DNA from: a virus
Taxonomy: Duplodnaviria; Caudoviricetes
Reading direction: 5' to 3' (one strand)
DNA length: 64,000 bases
Virus record (IMG/VR): IMGVR_UViG_3300018494_000083
Part shown: one piece after another, positions 29,172 to 38,462 of the stretch
Layout: each line of letters starts with the position of its first letter
Position numbering within the stretch: position 1 is the first letter of the stretch
Notes under the pieces: generated by a model
The model's input: only the letters and a program-made list of their open reading frames with translations
What the model was told of the DNA's origin: nothing
Database searches by the model: none
Translations under genes and position numbers: made by a program

Positions 29172-29203
29172 TTTTAAATCCTCACTTTCTTATTGCTTTG
29201 GCT

Positions 29204-29221
29204 TCATAACTATAATGTATA
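29204..29221 (-). promoter_or_regulatory. TATACATTATA-N4-TGA putative early promoter
   Basis: Lies between a terminator and the first gene of an 8-kb operon; the same motif occurs at 7049, 7140 and 38459. Confidence 0.6.
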
Positions 29222-29260
29222 CTTGATTACTCACCTTTCACAAAAAAAAATAAAAAGATA

Positions 29261-29282
29261 CCCATGGGATTTCTCCCATGGG
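29261..29282 (-). terminator. Intrinsic terminator
   Basis: CCCATGGGA-loop-TCCCATGGG with a T tract on the minus strand. Confidence 0.8.
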
Positions 29283-29290
29283 TTCTTATT

Positions 29291-29959
29291 TTACATTTTA
29301 GGCAATCTGAGTTTGATTCCAAGAGATACTTTCTCGGGAAGTGCATAGATACTAATTGTGCCTACAACAACTCCATTTTCATTGTCGATTGATCTCTGCT
29401 CACACTTCACATATCTCTGGCAATAGATAGTGGAATGAATGGGGAAATGTGCATCAGATATCTTTGCAGCTTCATTGAATATAGTTGCATAGATATAGTC
29501 TATACTATATCTCTGGTCATATTCCAAAGCCTTACGATAGATCTGCTCTCCTCCGATAACAAAGACCTTTTTCTCGCAACGAGATGTCTTCCAAGAATAA
29601 GCAAGTGCAAACTGCATAGCCTTCTCATATGAAGTAAACCAATATACAGAATCAGACCAAGGATGCTTAGTTCTAGAAACCACGAGATTCAATCTTCCAG
29701 GAAGACCATTAGGTTTCTTGAGAGAATCAAAAGTCTTTCGACCCATGATTACGATACTCTCTTTAGTGATTTCTTTGAAGTACTTCATATCTTGCTTGTT
29801 ATGGAAGATAAGTTCATTATCGCAACCGATAGCACCGAACTTATCCATAGCAGCAATAGCAGCTGTTACAATTTTATCTTTCTCGACATGGAAAGTATCA
29901 CTGAACGACCAAATCACCCAGGAACGAAGCTTTAAGAAAAGTCGTTTCAAACCGTTCAT
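29291..29959 (-). CDS. folA: Dihydrofolate reductase
   Basis: IAAMD..GAIG, DMKYFKEIT, VIMGRKTFDSL, LPGRLNLVVSR and FVIGGEQIY. Confidence 0.93.
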   Translation of the reverse strand: MNGLKRLFLKLRSWVIWSFSDTFHVEKDKIVTAAIAAMDKFGAIGCDNELIFHNKQDMKYFKEITKESIVIMGRKTFDSLKKPNGLPGRLNLVVSRTKHPWSDSVYWFTSYEKAMQFALAYSWKTSRCEKKVFVIGGEQIYRKALEYDQRYSIDYIYATIFNEAAKISDAHFPIHSTIYCQRYVKCEQRSIDNENGVVVGTISIYALPEKVSLGIKLRLPKM

Positions 29960-29971
29960 GGTTTATCTCCT

Positions 29972-30904
29972 TTATACGGCAACAGGGAATTTTTCAGAGG
30001 GATCTGCCTCATATCCTTCAACTACGAAATCGCTGGGATCGTAGTCATAGAAGTTGACCGACTCATTTGTGAAGAGAACTGCACTGGGATATGCATGACC
30101 TTCTCTTGTGATAAGATCCTTAATGATATCTACATGACGATCATAGATATGGCAGTCAGAGATTACATGAGTGAGCTTACCAATCTCGAGACCAGTTGCC
30201 TTAGCAACCATTACAAGAAGTGCAGCATACTGGCAGACATTCCAGTAGTTAGCAGCAAGAACATCCTGAGATCTCTGGTTGAGGATAAGATTGAGCTTAC
30301 CATTGAATACATTCCAGGTGGTGGAATATGCACAAGGATAGAGACCCATCTCATGGAGCTCCTCAAGGTTGTATGTATTGGTCATGATTCTGCGAGACGT
30401 GGGTTCATGACGAAGATCCCAGATAACTGCATCGATCTGGTCCAGAAGCACATATACCTTGTCAGACTGATTGGAATCAATCTCTTCATAGCTGGGATAA
30501 TCCTTCTTGAGAAGAGTCTGGATATCGGGTTCATTGTGCTTATTGATCCAGTGGTGAACATACTTCTTACCGATCTGGTATCCATATGCCTTACCAATAG
30601 ATCCGGTCTCATCTGCCCAACTGTCCCAAATATTGAGACCAAGATCTCCGACATTGTTGGACTTCTGCTGGAAGATCCAAAGGAGCTCACGGATAGGACC
30701 TTTGATACCCTGCTTACGGATAGTCATAATCGGGAATTCCTTACCAACGTCGTATTCGTTAACGACGTTTGTGATATGGATAGTATTTGCCTGGGTACCG
30801 TCGTCCCACTTAGCTCGACAGGGAACTACCTCACCCTCGTCGAGAATCTTCTTACACATGTCGATAAACTTTCTGTCAAAATCAGTCATTGTTGTTTCCT
30901 CCAC
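29972..30904 (-). CDS. thyA: Thymidylate synthase
   Basis: ELLW, IWDSWAD..G.IGKAYG, DQID, SRRI, LYPC, NQRSQD, WNVCQY and HIYDRH. Confidence 0.95.
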   Translation of the reverse strand: MEETTMTDFDRKFIDMCKKILDEGEVVPCRAKWDDGTQANTIHITNVVNEYDVGKEFPIMTIRKQGIKGPIRELLWIFQQKSNNVGDLGLNIWDSWADETGSIGKAYGYQIGKKYVHHWINKHNEPDIQTLLKKDYPSYEEIDSNQSDKVYVLLDQIDAVIWDLRHEPTSRRIMTNTYNLEELHEMGLYPCAYSTTWNVFNGKLNLILNQRSQDVLAANYWNVCQYAALLVMVAKATGLEIGKLTHVISDCHIYDRHVDIIKDLITREGHAYPSAVLFTNESVNFYDYDPSDFVVEGYEADPSEKFPVAV

Positions 30905-31652
30905 TTACATTTATATTATTTCTCCAAAGATCATGGCATGCAATAATATCACTCATAAGACGATCATTGATATCCTGAATAGGAAAGATATCATTCATGC
31001 ATACCGTTTCCTGAGTTTTTGGATCTGCTTCAAACCCAATGGTGGCACACTTGACATGTGTCCAGCCACAGAGTTTGCAAATCTCCGCAGATCTCTTATA
31101 TACAGCTTCCATGTAGTTTTCATCTGCTTCATGGATATCCTGTTGAGTTCCGCCAGTTGCTTTATTGGCTCTGTTAGCTGACAGAATCTTTGCTGCCCAT
31201 CTCGGCATATCGAGATAGTACACATTATTCGGAACAGGAAGACCGAGCTTTTTATACTCAAGATCGTTCTCCCACATTACGAATCTCAAAAGCTCTTGTT
31301 CATCATCGATCTTACATCCCTGATGAAGAAGATTGGAAGTTACATAACGATCCATGATAACGATATCAAGATCTTCATTCTCCACAATAGACTTCCAGCT
31401 ATTGAGGTAAGATACCATTCTGTCCTGGATAAAGAACATGGATGCCACGTAGGGATTAACCTGCATGGCATCATGTCCATAATCACCAGCCAGATATTTC
31501 TTAACGAATACAGATGATTCGTTTTCGTATTGAGGGAAACTGATAGTCTGGACTTTATAACCTAACTCAGTAAGACGCTCTGCAAGCATCTTGGTATGAG
31601 TCTGCTTTCCACTACTGTCACTACCCTCAATACAGATAATATAAGGCTTCAT
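30882..31652 (-). CDS. tmk: Thymidylate (dTMP) kinase
   Basis: IEGSDSSGKQT P-loop, FPQY, IMDRYVTSN and DIHE. Confidence 0.9.
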   Translation of the reverse strand: MKPYIICIEGSDSSGKQTHTKMLAERLTELGYKVQTISFPQYENESSVFVKKYLAGDYGHDAMQVNPYVASMFFIQDRMVSYLNSWKSIVENEDLDIVIMDRYVTSNLLHQGCKIDDEQELLRFVMWENDLEYKKLGLPVPNNVYYLDMPRWAAKILSANRANKATGGTQQDIHEADENYMEAVYKRSAEICKLCGWTHVKCATIGFEADPKTQETVCMNDIFPIQDINDRLMSDIIACHDLWRNNINVSGGNNND

Positions 31653-31667
31653 GTGTTGTGATCCTCC

Positions 31668-32153
31668 TTAAAGCTTAACTGCGGTAAGCATATGCTTCAG
31701 ACGATCAATGCAGACATCTGCAGTAGAACCATCCCACTCAGGTGCTCTTTCAAGTTCCTGAACGTCGAAGAGATTCCAGTACTGAGCGATGGGATAGTGA
31801 TAAGTTGCCGGTCCTTCGGGAGTATTGATACCTACAATGAAGTAGTTATCAAACATAGTTCCATCGGAATGGAGCTTAGACTTCCAGCACTTATCCTTAT
31901 GTGCCTGACAAACGAGAGCCGTCAGGATAGCTCTGTGATGATAGAGTTCGTCGAAGGTATGGTCACCATCGGAGATGCTTCCCTTATCCTTTACGAATTC
32001 CATCTTGGGTTTGATACAAACATTGTCATGCTTGTGGATCTTGATGTACTGATCCTCGGTAAGGTCAATACCCCTGATGAGATCCTCGTAAGCGAATCTC
32101 ATTTCACCTTCAGATACAGTTACTTTAGCGTCGAGTTCAAATTTAATAGACAT
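31668..32153 (-). CDS. Conserved phage protein (HTFDELY...APEWDG motif family)
   Basis: SDGDHTFDELYHHR, WKSKLHSDG, TYHY and APEWDG. Confidence 0.7.
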   Translation of the reverse strand: MSIKFELDAKVTVSEGEMRFAYEDLIRGIDLTEDQYIKIHKHDNVCIKPKMEFVKDKGSISDGDHTFDELYHHRAILTALVCQAHKDKCWKSKLHSDGTMFDNYFIVGINTPEGPATYHYPIAQYWNLFDVQELERAPEWDGSTADVCIDRLKHMLTAVKL

Positions 32154-32157
32154 AGCG

Positions 32158-33486
32158 TCATTCTCCTTTCACTCTATTATAAAACGACACCAGAGCCTTG
32201 TAAATAACCATTTCATTGGTTACTTCATCAGACTGAGGGTCGAATTTTTCCTTATAACACTCAATGATCTCATTGAGACAAACAAGAAATACATTCTTGG
32301 TTGCGGGATGAATATGGCTCCAGAAATCAACAGCAGTATCGATAAGAGGATCATCGGTTGCTTCCATGGTTGCCAATACATACTCAACGAACTGATTTTC
32401 ATCAATAATGAGATGCGATCTGTGAGAAGCCCACTGACAATGGAATCTCTTCATGATTCTACGGTTCTCCTCACAGTTGAGATCGCTGTAGAATCTATCC
32501 TTGAGGATATTGATATTGGTTCTCATAATATCACGAGTCTCTTCGTCGATAACCCTCGTACAGGGAGTAGTAACGAAATCTTTTGCAATATCTGCAAGTG
32601 TGAGAACGTGAAGAATATGAGGATTCTCAACTTCGCAAAGGTAGCAAAGTTTATCGAGACAACAAGGAGGAAATTCGTTGTTGTATTCAATATCACCGCA
32701 AACGGATGCCGGAGTATTTACAATACCAAGGAAGTGATATGCAGTTCCATCAGGTCTGCAATACACTCTGCTCAGATATGTATCAACATCGATGAAATAA
32801 AGAATGTTCTCTTCATCGGGTTCATACTTGATGAATCTGATTTTGTCATGAGGCTTATGAATCTCGGTAGTCTCGGTGAGTTTCTTCTTAGCCTTCTTAT
32901 CAGTATTCTTCATGTTGTCGGCATACTTCTTCTTGTCGATGTTATTATTAAAGTCATCCTTAGCAAGTTTATCCTTGAGATCGTTCTTATTGTTGGTATT
33001 ATCATGGATCTTCTTCGCAGAAGGTCTTCTGATATCCTTGGGGATCTTCTTGTTCTCATCTTCCTTTGCCATGGTACAAGGCTCGAGACCGTGGATGTAG
33101 TTATCGTAAATGGTGGTGATGCTCTTGGTAAGATAACCGGTATAGATTGCATGCATTGTATCCCAAATACTGAATCTGGAAAGGAACATCTGTCGAGGAT
33201 CGATAGTGAGAAAAGCACCAGTAGCAGTAAGGAATTCAGGACTGAGAATGCCATGAATTGCCTGACACATATACTCGTATACATCGATGTCATCTGCACT
33301 GATGTTCTCATTAGAACGAATGATATGACCACGGAGAATAGTTGCAAGTTCCTTCTCCATCACATCAACAGTCTCAACGAGTTCCAATTCATCGGCGTTA
33401 TCCGTAGGCTTTACGTTACCAAGGTGATTCTTGTATACCTTATTAGCGGCACAAATAGTAAAGATGGATTCGATCATAGTTTTCAA
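32158..33486 (-). CDS. Hypothetical protein
   Basis: 442-aa ORF with a Lys/Asp-rich central linker. Confidence 0.7.
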   Translation of the reverse strand: MKTMIESIFTICAANKVYKNHLGNVKPTDNADELELVETVDVMEKELATILRGHIIRSNENISADDIDVYEYMCQAIHGILSPEFLTATGAFLTIDPRQMFLSRFSIWDTMHAIYTGYLTKSITTIYDNYIHGLEPCTMAKEDENKKIPKDIRRPSAKKIHDNTNNKNDLKDKLAKDDFNNNIDKKKYADNMKNTDKKAKKKLTETTEIHKPHDKIRFIKYEPDEENILYFIDVDTYLSRVYCRPDGTAYHFLGIVNTPASVCGDIEYNNEFPPCCLDKLCYLCEVENPHILHVLTLADIAKDFVTTPCTRVIDEETRDIMRTNINILKDRFYSDLNCEENRRIMKRFHCQWASHRSHLIIDENQFVEYVLATMEATDDPLIDTAVDFWSHIHPATKNVFLVCLNEIIECYKEKFDPQSDEVTNEMVIYKALVSFYNRVKGE

Positions 33487-33491
33487 ACTCC

Positions 33492-33809
33492 TTAATTGAA
33501 ATAATTATTTTTATCATCATCCGATACAAATCCAGAAGTGTTCTCTTCTTTATATGGGATTCCATATCGGAGATTCCAGAGTCTAACACATTCTTCAATC
33601 GATGAATGTGTGACTTGTCTACCACACTTGCATTTAAGAGTGTAGTTGAACATGCGACTAACAGTAGGTTTGTTAGCCTCATTGAAACAAGATACCTTAG
33701 GCTTCTCACAGCATAAACTACAAGGTTTAACAGTGGAAGCCTTTGCAAGTATCATTGTATTATTCACTCCACCTGGAGCATTCATTTTTGGTCTTCTTGG
33801 TACTTTCAT
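33492..33809 (-). CDS. Lar-like zinc-ribbon protein (restriction alleviation family candidate)
   Basis: KPCSLC...CKCG...EECVRLWN pattern. Confidence 0.5.
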   Translation of the reverse strand: MKVPRRPKMNAPGGVNNTMILAKASTVKPCSLCCEKPKVSCFNEANKPTVSRMFNYTLKCKCGRQVTHSSIEECVRLWNLRYGIPYKEENTSGFVSDDDKNNYFN

Positions 33810-36538
33810 TCTAACCTCTCGATATAAATAACATCGCTATCATCGCCATTGATATTAGCTCCAGGGAATGCAATCACACCTACATCATATCCGGAATAGA
33901 ACTCGTAGTTATGAGAGATCATAAACAACTGCTCGATACCAGAACGACGAATCTGGGTAGCCAAGATCTGAATGAACTTACTCTTGGCTTGATGTGCAAA
34001 TCCACGGTCAACCTCATCAAGGCAGACGATTGTATAACTATTAACGATCTCTTCGATAATAGCCAAGGTTAGACAAAGCGAAATGAATGAACGCTCAGAA
34101 GAGCTACTGTAGGATACATCAAGTCCTCGGTCTCCATTCTTCTTATATGGAATAATGAAGTCCTTAGAGTTGATGACAAACTCTTCGAGATAGAGGTTTC
34201 CATTAAACGCACTACTCAAGAGAGTATTTGCATTTGTACGGACACTATCCATGAAGAACTCAAGAGCACCAACAGGAATACCATCATCCTTAACAGACAA
34301 TGCTGCACGGACGATTTCACAGTTAACCATATCGGCTTCTACAGATGCTAACTCAACCTTGTTATCCTTAATCTTAAGAAGCTCCATTTTATAGAGCTCT
34401 CTGGTTCTGGTTAACGGATCGAGTTCATCATCAATCTCTTTGAGTTTCTCTTCTTTCTCGGATATGAGTTCAAGGAATTCTCTCATATCTTCCATTTGAG
34501 AACTGATAGCTTTCAGCTCTTCATCTTGTTTAACGATCTGTTCGTAAAGCGAATCATACTCAGATCGTTTGTTATAGAAGTCTCCCAAGGCATCAATAAT
34601 ACCCTTAACGAAGTCTATCCTATCGGAAATAGACTCAATTTCACTCTCCTTCGACTCGATGTTAGAGGAAACGAGATCTTTCTCTTCAGATAGTCTCGAG
34701 AGATCTTCTTTTGTAGTTTCGATAAACTTACCCTTAGTTTCAAGCAATTCAATCTCGTGATTTACTTTAGGAAGTTCGATATTCTCAAGAGTTGCAAGTT
34801 CTTCCTTTGACTCAAGAATTGCAATAAACTCATCAAAGTCATCACAATTGTCAAGGTTAGAACCATTCTTGGAAATCGCTTTCTTTATAGCTTCAAGAGT
34901 TGAATACTTTTCATGATAGGGAAGCTTCTTAATTACGCTGATATTGGTATTGATATACTGCATAAGCTGTCCAAGACGATTCTTGATCTCTTCGATCTGT
35001 TCGGCTTTGGAAATCTTATCTTCTATCTGAACCAATGCTTTTTCGATCTCATCCAGTCTGGAAGTATATTCAGGAATCTTCTCCTGGAACTTCTTGAGTC
35101 TGAATGCTGTTGCGATAAAGGGACAGGAATCAATCTTACAATTCTCAGGTCTCTTACCGAGGATATTATCAGAGTCGGTATCGGAATCGATTGTAGCTAA
35201 CTTAGAATAAATATCAGATCTTTCATCCATTAACTCTCTTCTCTTGACAAGTAACTCATCGTGTTTATAATCACGATACTCATCATTACATACAACCATG
35301 ACTAAGTCATAATAGTATCCGCCGAAAGAGTCGACAAAAGTTCTTACATTCTTGACTATCTCATATCCCAATAACAGATTCTCTTTAGTCAGACCAGGAT
35401 CAATATCCTGCATACTTTCTCGGAGACTCTTAATCTGTCTCTGGTATCCTTTACGAATCTCGATTAACTCTCCAAGTGAATGGCTAGTCTCAAGGTCCGC
35501 AATAGAATTCTTCTTAGACTCAATTTGTTGAGTCAAGAGATTTCTTCTTAAACGAAGTTCAGTAACTGAGTTATTCAAAGACATCAGTTGTACTTCGTAT
35601 CCCTTTCCTTGTTCACCAAGCTCAGCAATCAGAGTATTGATTTTCTCTGCTGTTGAATCTCTTGTAAGGAACTTGGAAAGATTATAATCATCGAATATGG
35701 ATTCGATCTTATCTTGAATCTTCTGAATATCGTCGTAGTTCTTACGAATTGCCTTCATAAGTTCCTTATTCTTATCCTCAATTCCAGTTTCTTTAATAAC
35801 CTGGATTCTGGTTCGATATTCAGATATTTTCTGCATGCACTTATCTCGTTTAGCTACGAGCTTGTTGATCTTCTCGGTTACGATCTTTAACTCTCTGTTT
35901 AGAGTTTCTTCATCATGCATTTTACCGATAGACTCTACTAGGAGATTGATTCTCATCTTTAACTCTTTGTATTGCTTATCGACAATTGCATAGTAACCAC
36001 TGTAGATATCATCCGGTAAGAAAGTAGACATATTCAACTTTCTTTCAGTTGATGTCATATCAACATGACCTTTACAAACATCGTTCTGATTAGCGAGCTT
36101 AAGAATTGCATCAGATATTCCGAGTTCTTCCTGAACTACTTCTTTGTAAGATGTAATATTACCATTCTCATTAAGTTCGGTCTCTTCTCCATTAGGTTCG
36201 ATCTTTGTCACGAATCCTTTTGTATTATGACCTGTCTTAGAAGGTGAATAGACTATCTTACATTCGAAACGGCATCCGTCAGATCTGTCATAAACAGTCT
36301 TCTTGATTCCTTCCTTTCCTTCAAGGATAAACTTATTACGACCATCAGTTGTACCAGGAAGACAATGAAGCACACTCATAAATGTAGATTTACCAGTTGC
36401 ATTGTCTCCGATGATCAAGACGATGTTCTTATCCTTAAATTTCTTGAAGTTGACCTCCAACTCTTTACGACCAAGACCAGTTTGAATACCTATAAAGTTT
36501 CTTAAGTATATTGATCTTAATCGAACGCTGTATGCCAT
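33806..36538 (-). CDS. sbcC: SbcC/Rad50-like SMC ATPase
   Basis: Walker A GDNATGKST, long coiled coil, central CKIDSCPF hook, signature SSSER, Walker B CLDEVD and ISHN. Confidence 0.9.
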   Translation of the reverse strand: MAYSVRLRSIYLRNFIGIQTGLGRKELEVNFKKFKDKNIVLIIGDNATGKSTFMSVLHCLPGTTDGRNKFILEGKEGIKKTVYDRSDGCRFECKIVYSPSKTGHNTKGFVTKIEPNGEETELNENGNITSYKEVVQEELGISDAILKLANQNDVCKGHVDMTSTERKLNMSTFLPDDIYSGYYAIVDKQYKELKMRINLLVESIGKMHDEETLNRELKIVTEKINKLVAKRDKCMQKISEYRTRIQVIKETGIEDKNKELMKAIRKNYDDIQKIQDKIESIFDDYNLSKFLTRDSTAEKINTLIAELGEQGKGYEVQLMSLNNSVTELRLRRNLLTQQIESKKNSIADLETSHSLGELIEIRKGYQRQIKSLRESMQDIDPGLTKENLLLGYEIVKNVRTFVDSFGGYYYDLVMVVCNDEYRDYKHDELLVKRRELMDERSDIYSKLATIDSDTDSDNILGKRPENCKIDSCPFIATAFRLKKFQEKIPEYTSRLDEIEKALVQIEDKISKAEQIEEIKNRLGQLMQYINTNISVIKKLPYHEKYSTLEAIKKAISKNGSNLDNCDDFDEFIAILESKEELATLENIELPKVNHEIELLETKGKFIETTKEDLSRLSEEKDLVSSNIESKESEIESISDRIDFVKGIIDALGDFYNKRSEYDSLYEQIVKQDEELKAISSQMEDMREFLELISEKEEKLKEIDDELDPLTRTRELYKMELLKIKDNKVELASVEADMVNCEIVRAALSVKDDGIPVGALEFFMDSVRTNANTLLSSAFNGNLYLEEFVINSKDFIIPYKKNGDRGLDVSYSSSSERSFISLCLTLAIIEEIVNSYTIVCLDEVDRGFAHQAKSKFIQILATQIRRSGIEQLFMISHNYEFYSGYDVGVIAFPGANINGDDSDVIYIERLE

Positions 36539-36539
36539 A

Positions 36540-36935
36540 TTAGTCCTCGCTAGGTTTCAATTCGGGTTCGGGAGGTTTCTTACAACATCCCTGGGGATTT
36601 TGACAATCCATTTCGCAGTCACGATTAAAATCGCAATCTGTGCACTTCTCAGTGTCATCGAATAGTGACAACTGGTCGGGATTATTGGTTATATCTTTCA
36701 TATCAAATTCGGAGATATAGTCCTCAATCTCAATGCAATCTTCATCTTCGAAACAAACTGCACTTTCGTGAGGAACATTGCTGACATAGATTATCGGATA
36801 TGCTCCGTTAACTACGACAGACATCTCGTTTGGGAGATAGTTTAAAATACTCTTGAGTTCACCAACAGTAAGTCCATCAGTGCAGTCAATTTTCTCAAGT
36901 GTACAATCACCATTTGCATACTTTTCTTTCTGCAT
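36540..36935 (-). CDS. Hypothetical Cys-rich acidic protein
   Basis: 131-aa ORF in the operon. Confidence 0.6.
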   Translation of the reverse strand: MQKEKYANGDCTLEKIDCTDGLTVGELKSILNYLPNEMSVVVNGAYPIIYVSNVPHESAVCFEDEDCIEIEDYISEFDMKDITNNPDQLSLFDDTEKCTDCDFNRDCEMDCQNPQGCCKKPPEPELKPSED

Positions 36936-36938
36936 GGG

Positions 36939-37640
36939 TTATACCTCTCTTTCGATGGTTTTGAAAGTATATTTCTCTGCGTTATCAAAGTCCAAAGCCT
37001 GATCATCGAATACACAGTAAACTGTGCTATAATCAGGAGACATCGGATTGGGACAACCATACTTATCCCAGATAATAATACCTGCATTCAAATCGAATAC
37101 ATCGGCGAATCTGGAGAGCATATCCATCTTCAATGTATTACCATGAGTCAGTGCACGACGACCATTGTTCTTAGTTGCCATATCACTGAACTTGTGACCG
37201 TACTGATTGAAGTTGATATTCTTCTGACCGATTGCATACTTCATTGCTGCAAGTGCAATATCATCAGTCTGACGAAGAGCAGGTTTGAAAACGTCTCCGT
37301 CTGTAATAACCTCTGTCTCGATAACAGGGTCGATAACCATATCATTCAGGTTTCTGAAGATACAGTCAGGTGTGAGCTGAATGATTCTATCTTTATGGAA
37401 GATCATTCTTTCTTCATCATTTCTGGGACGAACGGGGAATGCACGACCCTTGATGAGATAAATTCCTACTTGGACAGCTTCGTCCAGGCTATCTACCTCT
37501 CCACGATAGGGATAGACATAGTCATTATATTGACTAAGGAGGTAGGCATAACCTTGTTTCAGCTTGTCTTGATAAAACTTCTTTTGGACTACTCTGTAGG
37601 TTTCGTCCCGAAGTTTGAATATCATCGGCGTAGCCATCAA
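36939..37640 (-). CDS. Hypothetical protein
   Basis: 233-aa ORF with AGGAG RBS. Confidence 0.7.
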   Translation of the reverse strand: MMATPMIFKLRDETYRVVQKKFYQDKLKQGYAYLLSQYNDYVYPYRGEVDSLDEAVQVGIYLIKGRAFPVRPRNDEERMIFHKDRIIQLTPDCIFRNLNDMVIDPVIETEVITDGDVFKPALRQTDDIALAAMKYAIGQKNINFNQYGHKFSDMATKNNGRRALTHGNTLKMDMLSRFADVFDLNAGIIIWDKYGCPNPMSPDYSTVYCVFDDQALDFDNAEKYTFKTIEREV

Positions 37641-37649
37641 TGTTTCTCC

Positions 37650-38435
37650 TTACCATTTAGGTTTATTATTCTTATTGTCGACCTTGATAATCTCGGTCGG
37701 GTTTTCTATATCGATTAGACTACCCATGACGCTGATCTTGCTGAATGAAGGTGAGCGAACTGTATCATCAATATCGATATTCTGGTTTACTTTGTCTCGG
37801 CGGAAGTCAATCTGGTTATGACCAAGAGGACCTGTGCCGATATAGTTCACAAGTTGCATCGTGAACTGTGTGAAGTTAAGTTCTCTGAGTCGGTAATATA
37901 AACAGAGAAAATCTTGTACAGAAATGTAAGCCTCAGATCCTTCAGCTATGATCTGCATCTTTACCGAAGAGTCAGACTCATTGAAGATCGGTGTAAACAA
38001 AAGTGTCTGAACACCAACGACGACTTTGATAGTACCAGCCAGTTCACTTCTGATATGAGTACCAGTAGCATTTACTGTCAGGATATCTATTTCTCCATCA
38101 TCATATGCTTCAAAAGCCTGAGCTATCTTTGTGAGCTTTCGTACAATTCTCTGTTTGAATACCTCGGTTACATATATAACGACTTTAGCACCTTCTGAAT
38201 TTGGATGACAAAGTACCCATTCCAAATATGGTCTCGGTGCCAAGTTAATCGAGATTTTGTTTTTCTGTAAGATAAATTCTTGGTGGTAGAATTGCTCATC
38301 TTGGTTTTTATCCTTGGTGTACAATTTCACCTTGAACTTTACAGACAAACCTTTACGAGTTAATATCGAGTAAATTACCGTAGTAATATCTTCTCGATCA
38401 ATTCGTGTCATTTGCATATTGCTCTCCCCTTTCAT
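37650..38435 (-). CDS. Hypothetical protein
   Basis: 261-aa ORF preceded by TATACATCATA-N4-TGA at 38459-38442. Confidence 0.7.
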   Translation of the reverse strand: MKGESNMQMTRIDREDITTVIYSILTRKGLSVKFKVKLYTKDKNQDEQFYHQEFILQKNKISINLAPRPYLEWVLCHPNSEGAKVVIYVTEVFKQRIVRKLTKIAQAFEAYDDGEIDILTVNATGTHIRSELAGTIKVVVGVQTLLFTPIFNESDSSVKMQIIAEGSEAYISVQDFLCLYYRLRELNFTQFTMQLVNYIGTGPLGHNQIDFRRDKVNQNIDIDDTVRSPSFSKISVMGSLIDIENPTEIIKVDNKNNKPKW

Positions 38436-38462
38436 AGATTCTCATAAGTATGATGTATAAAT

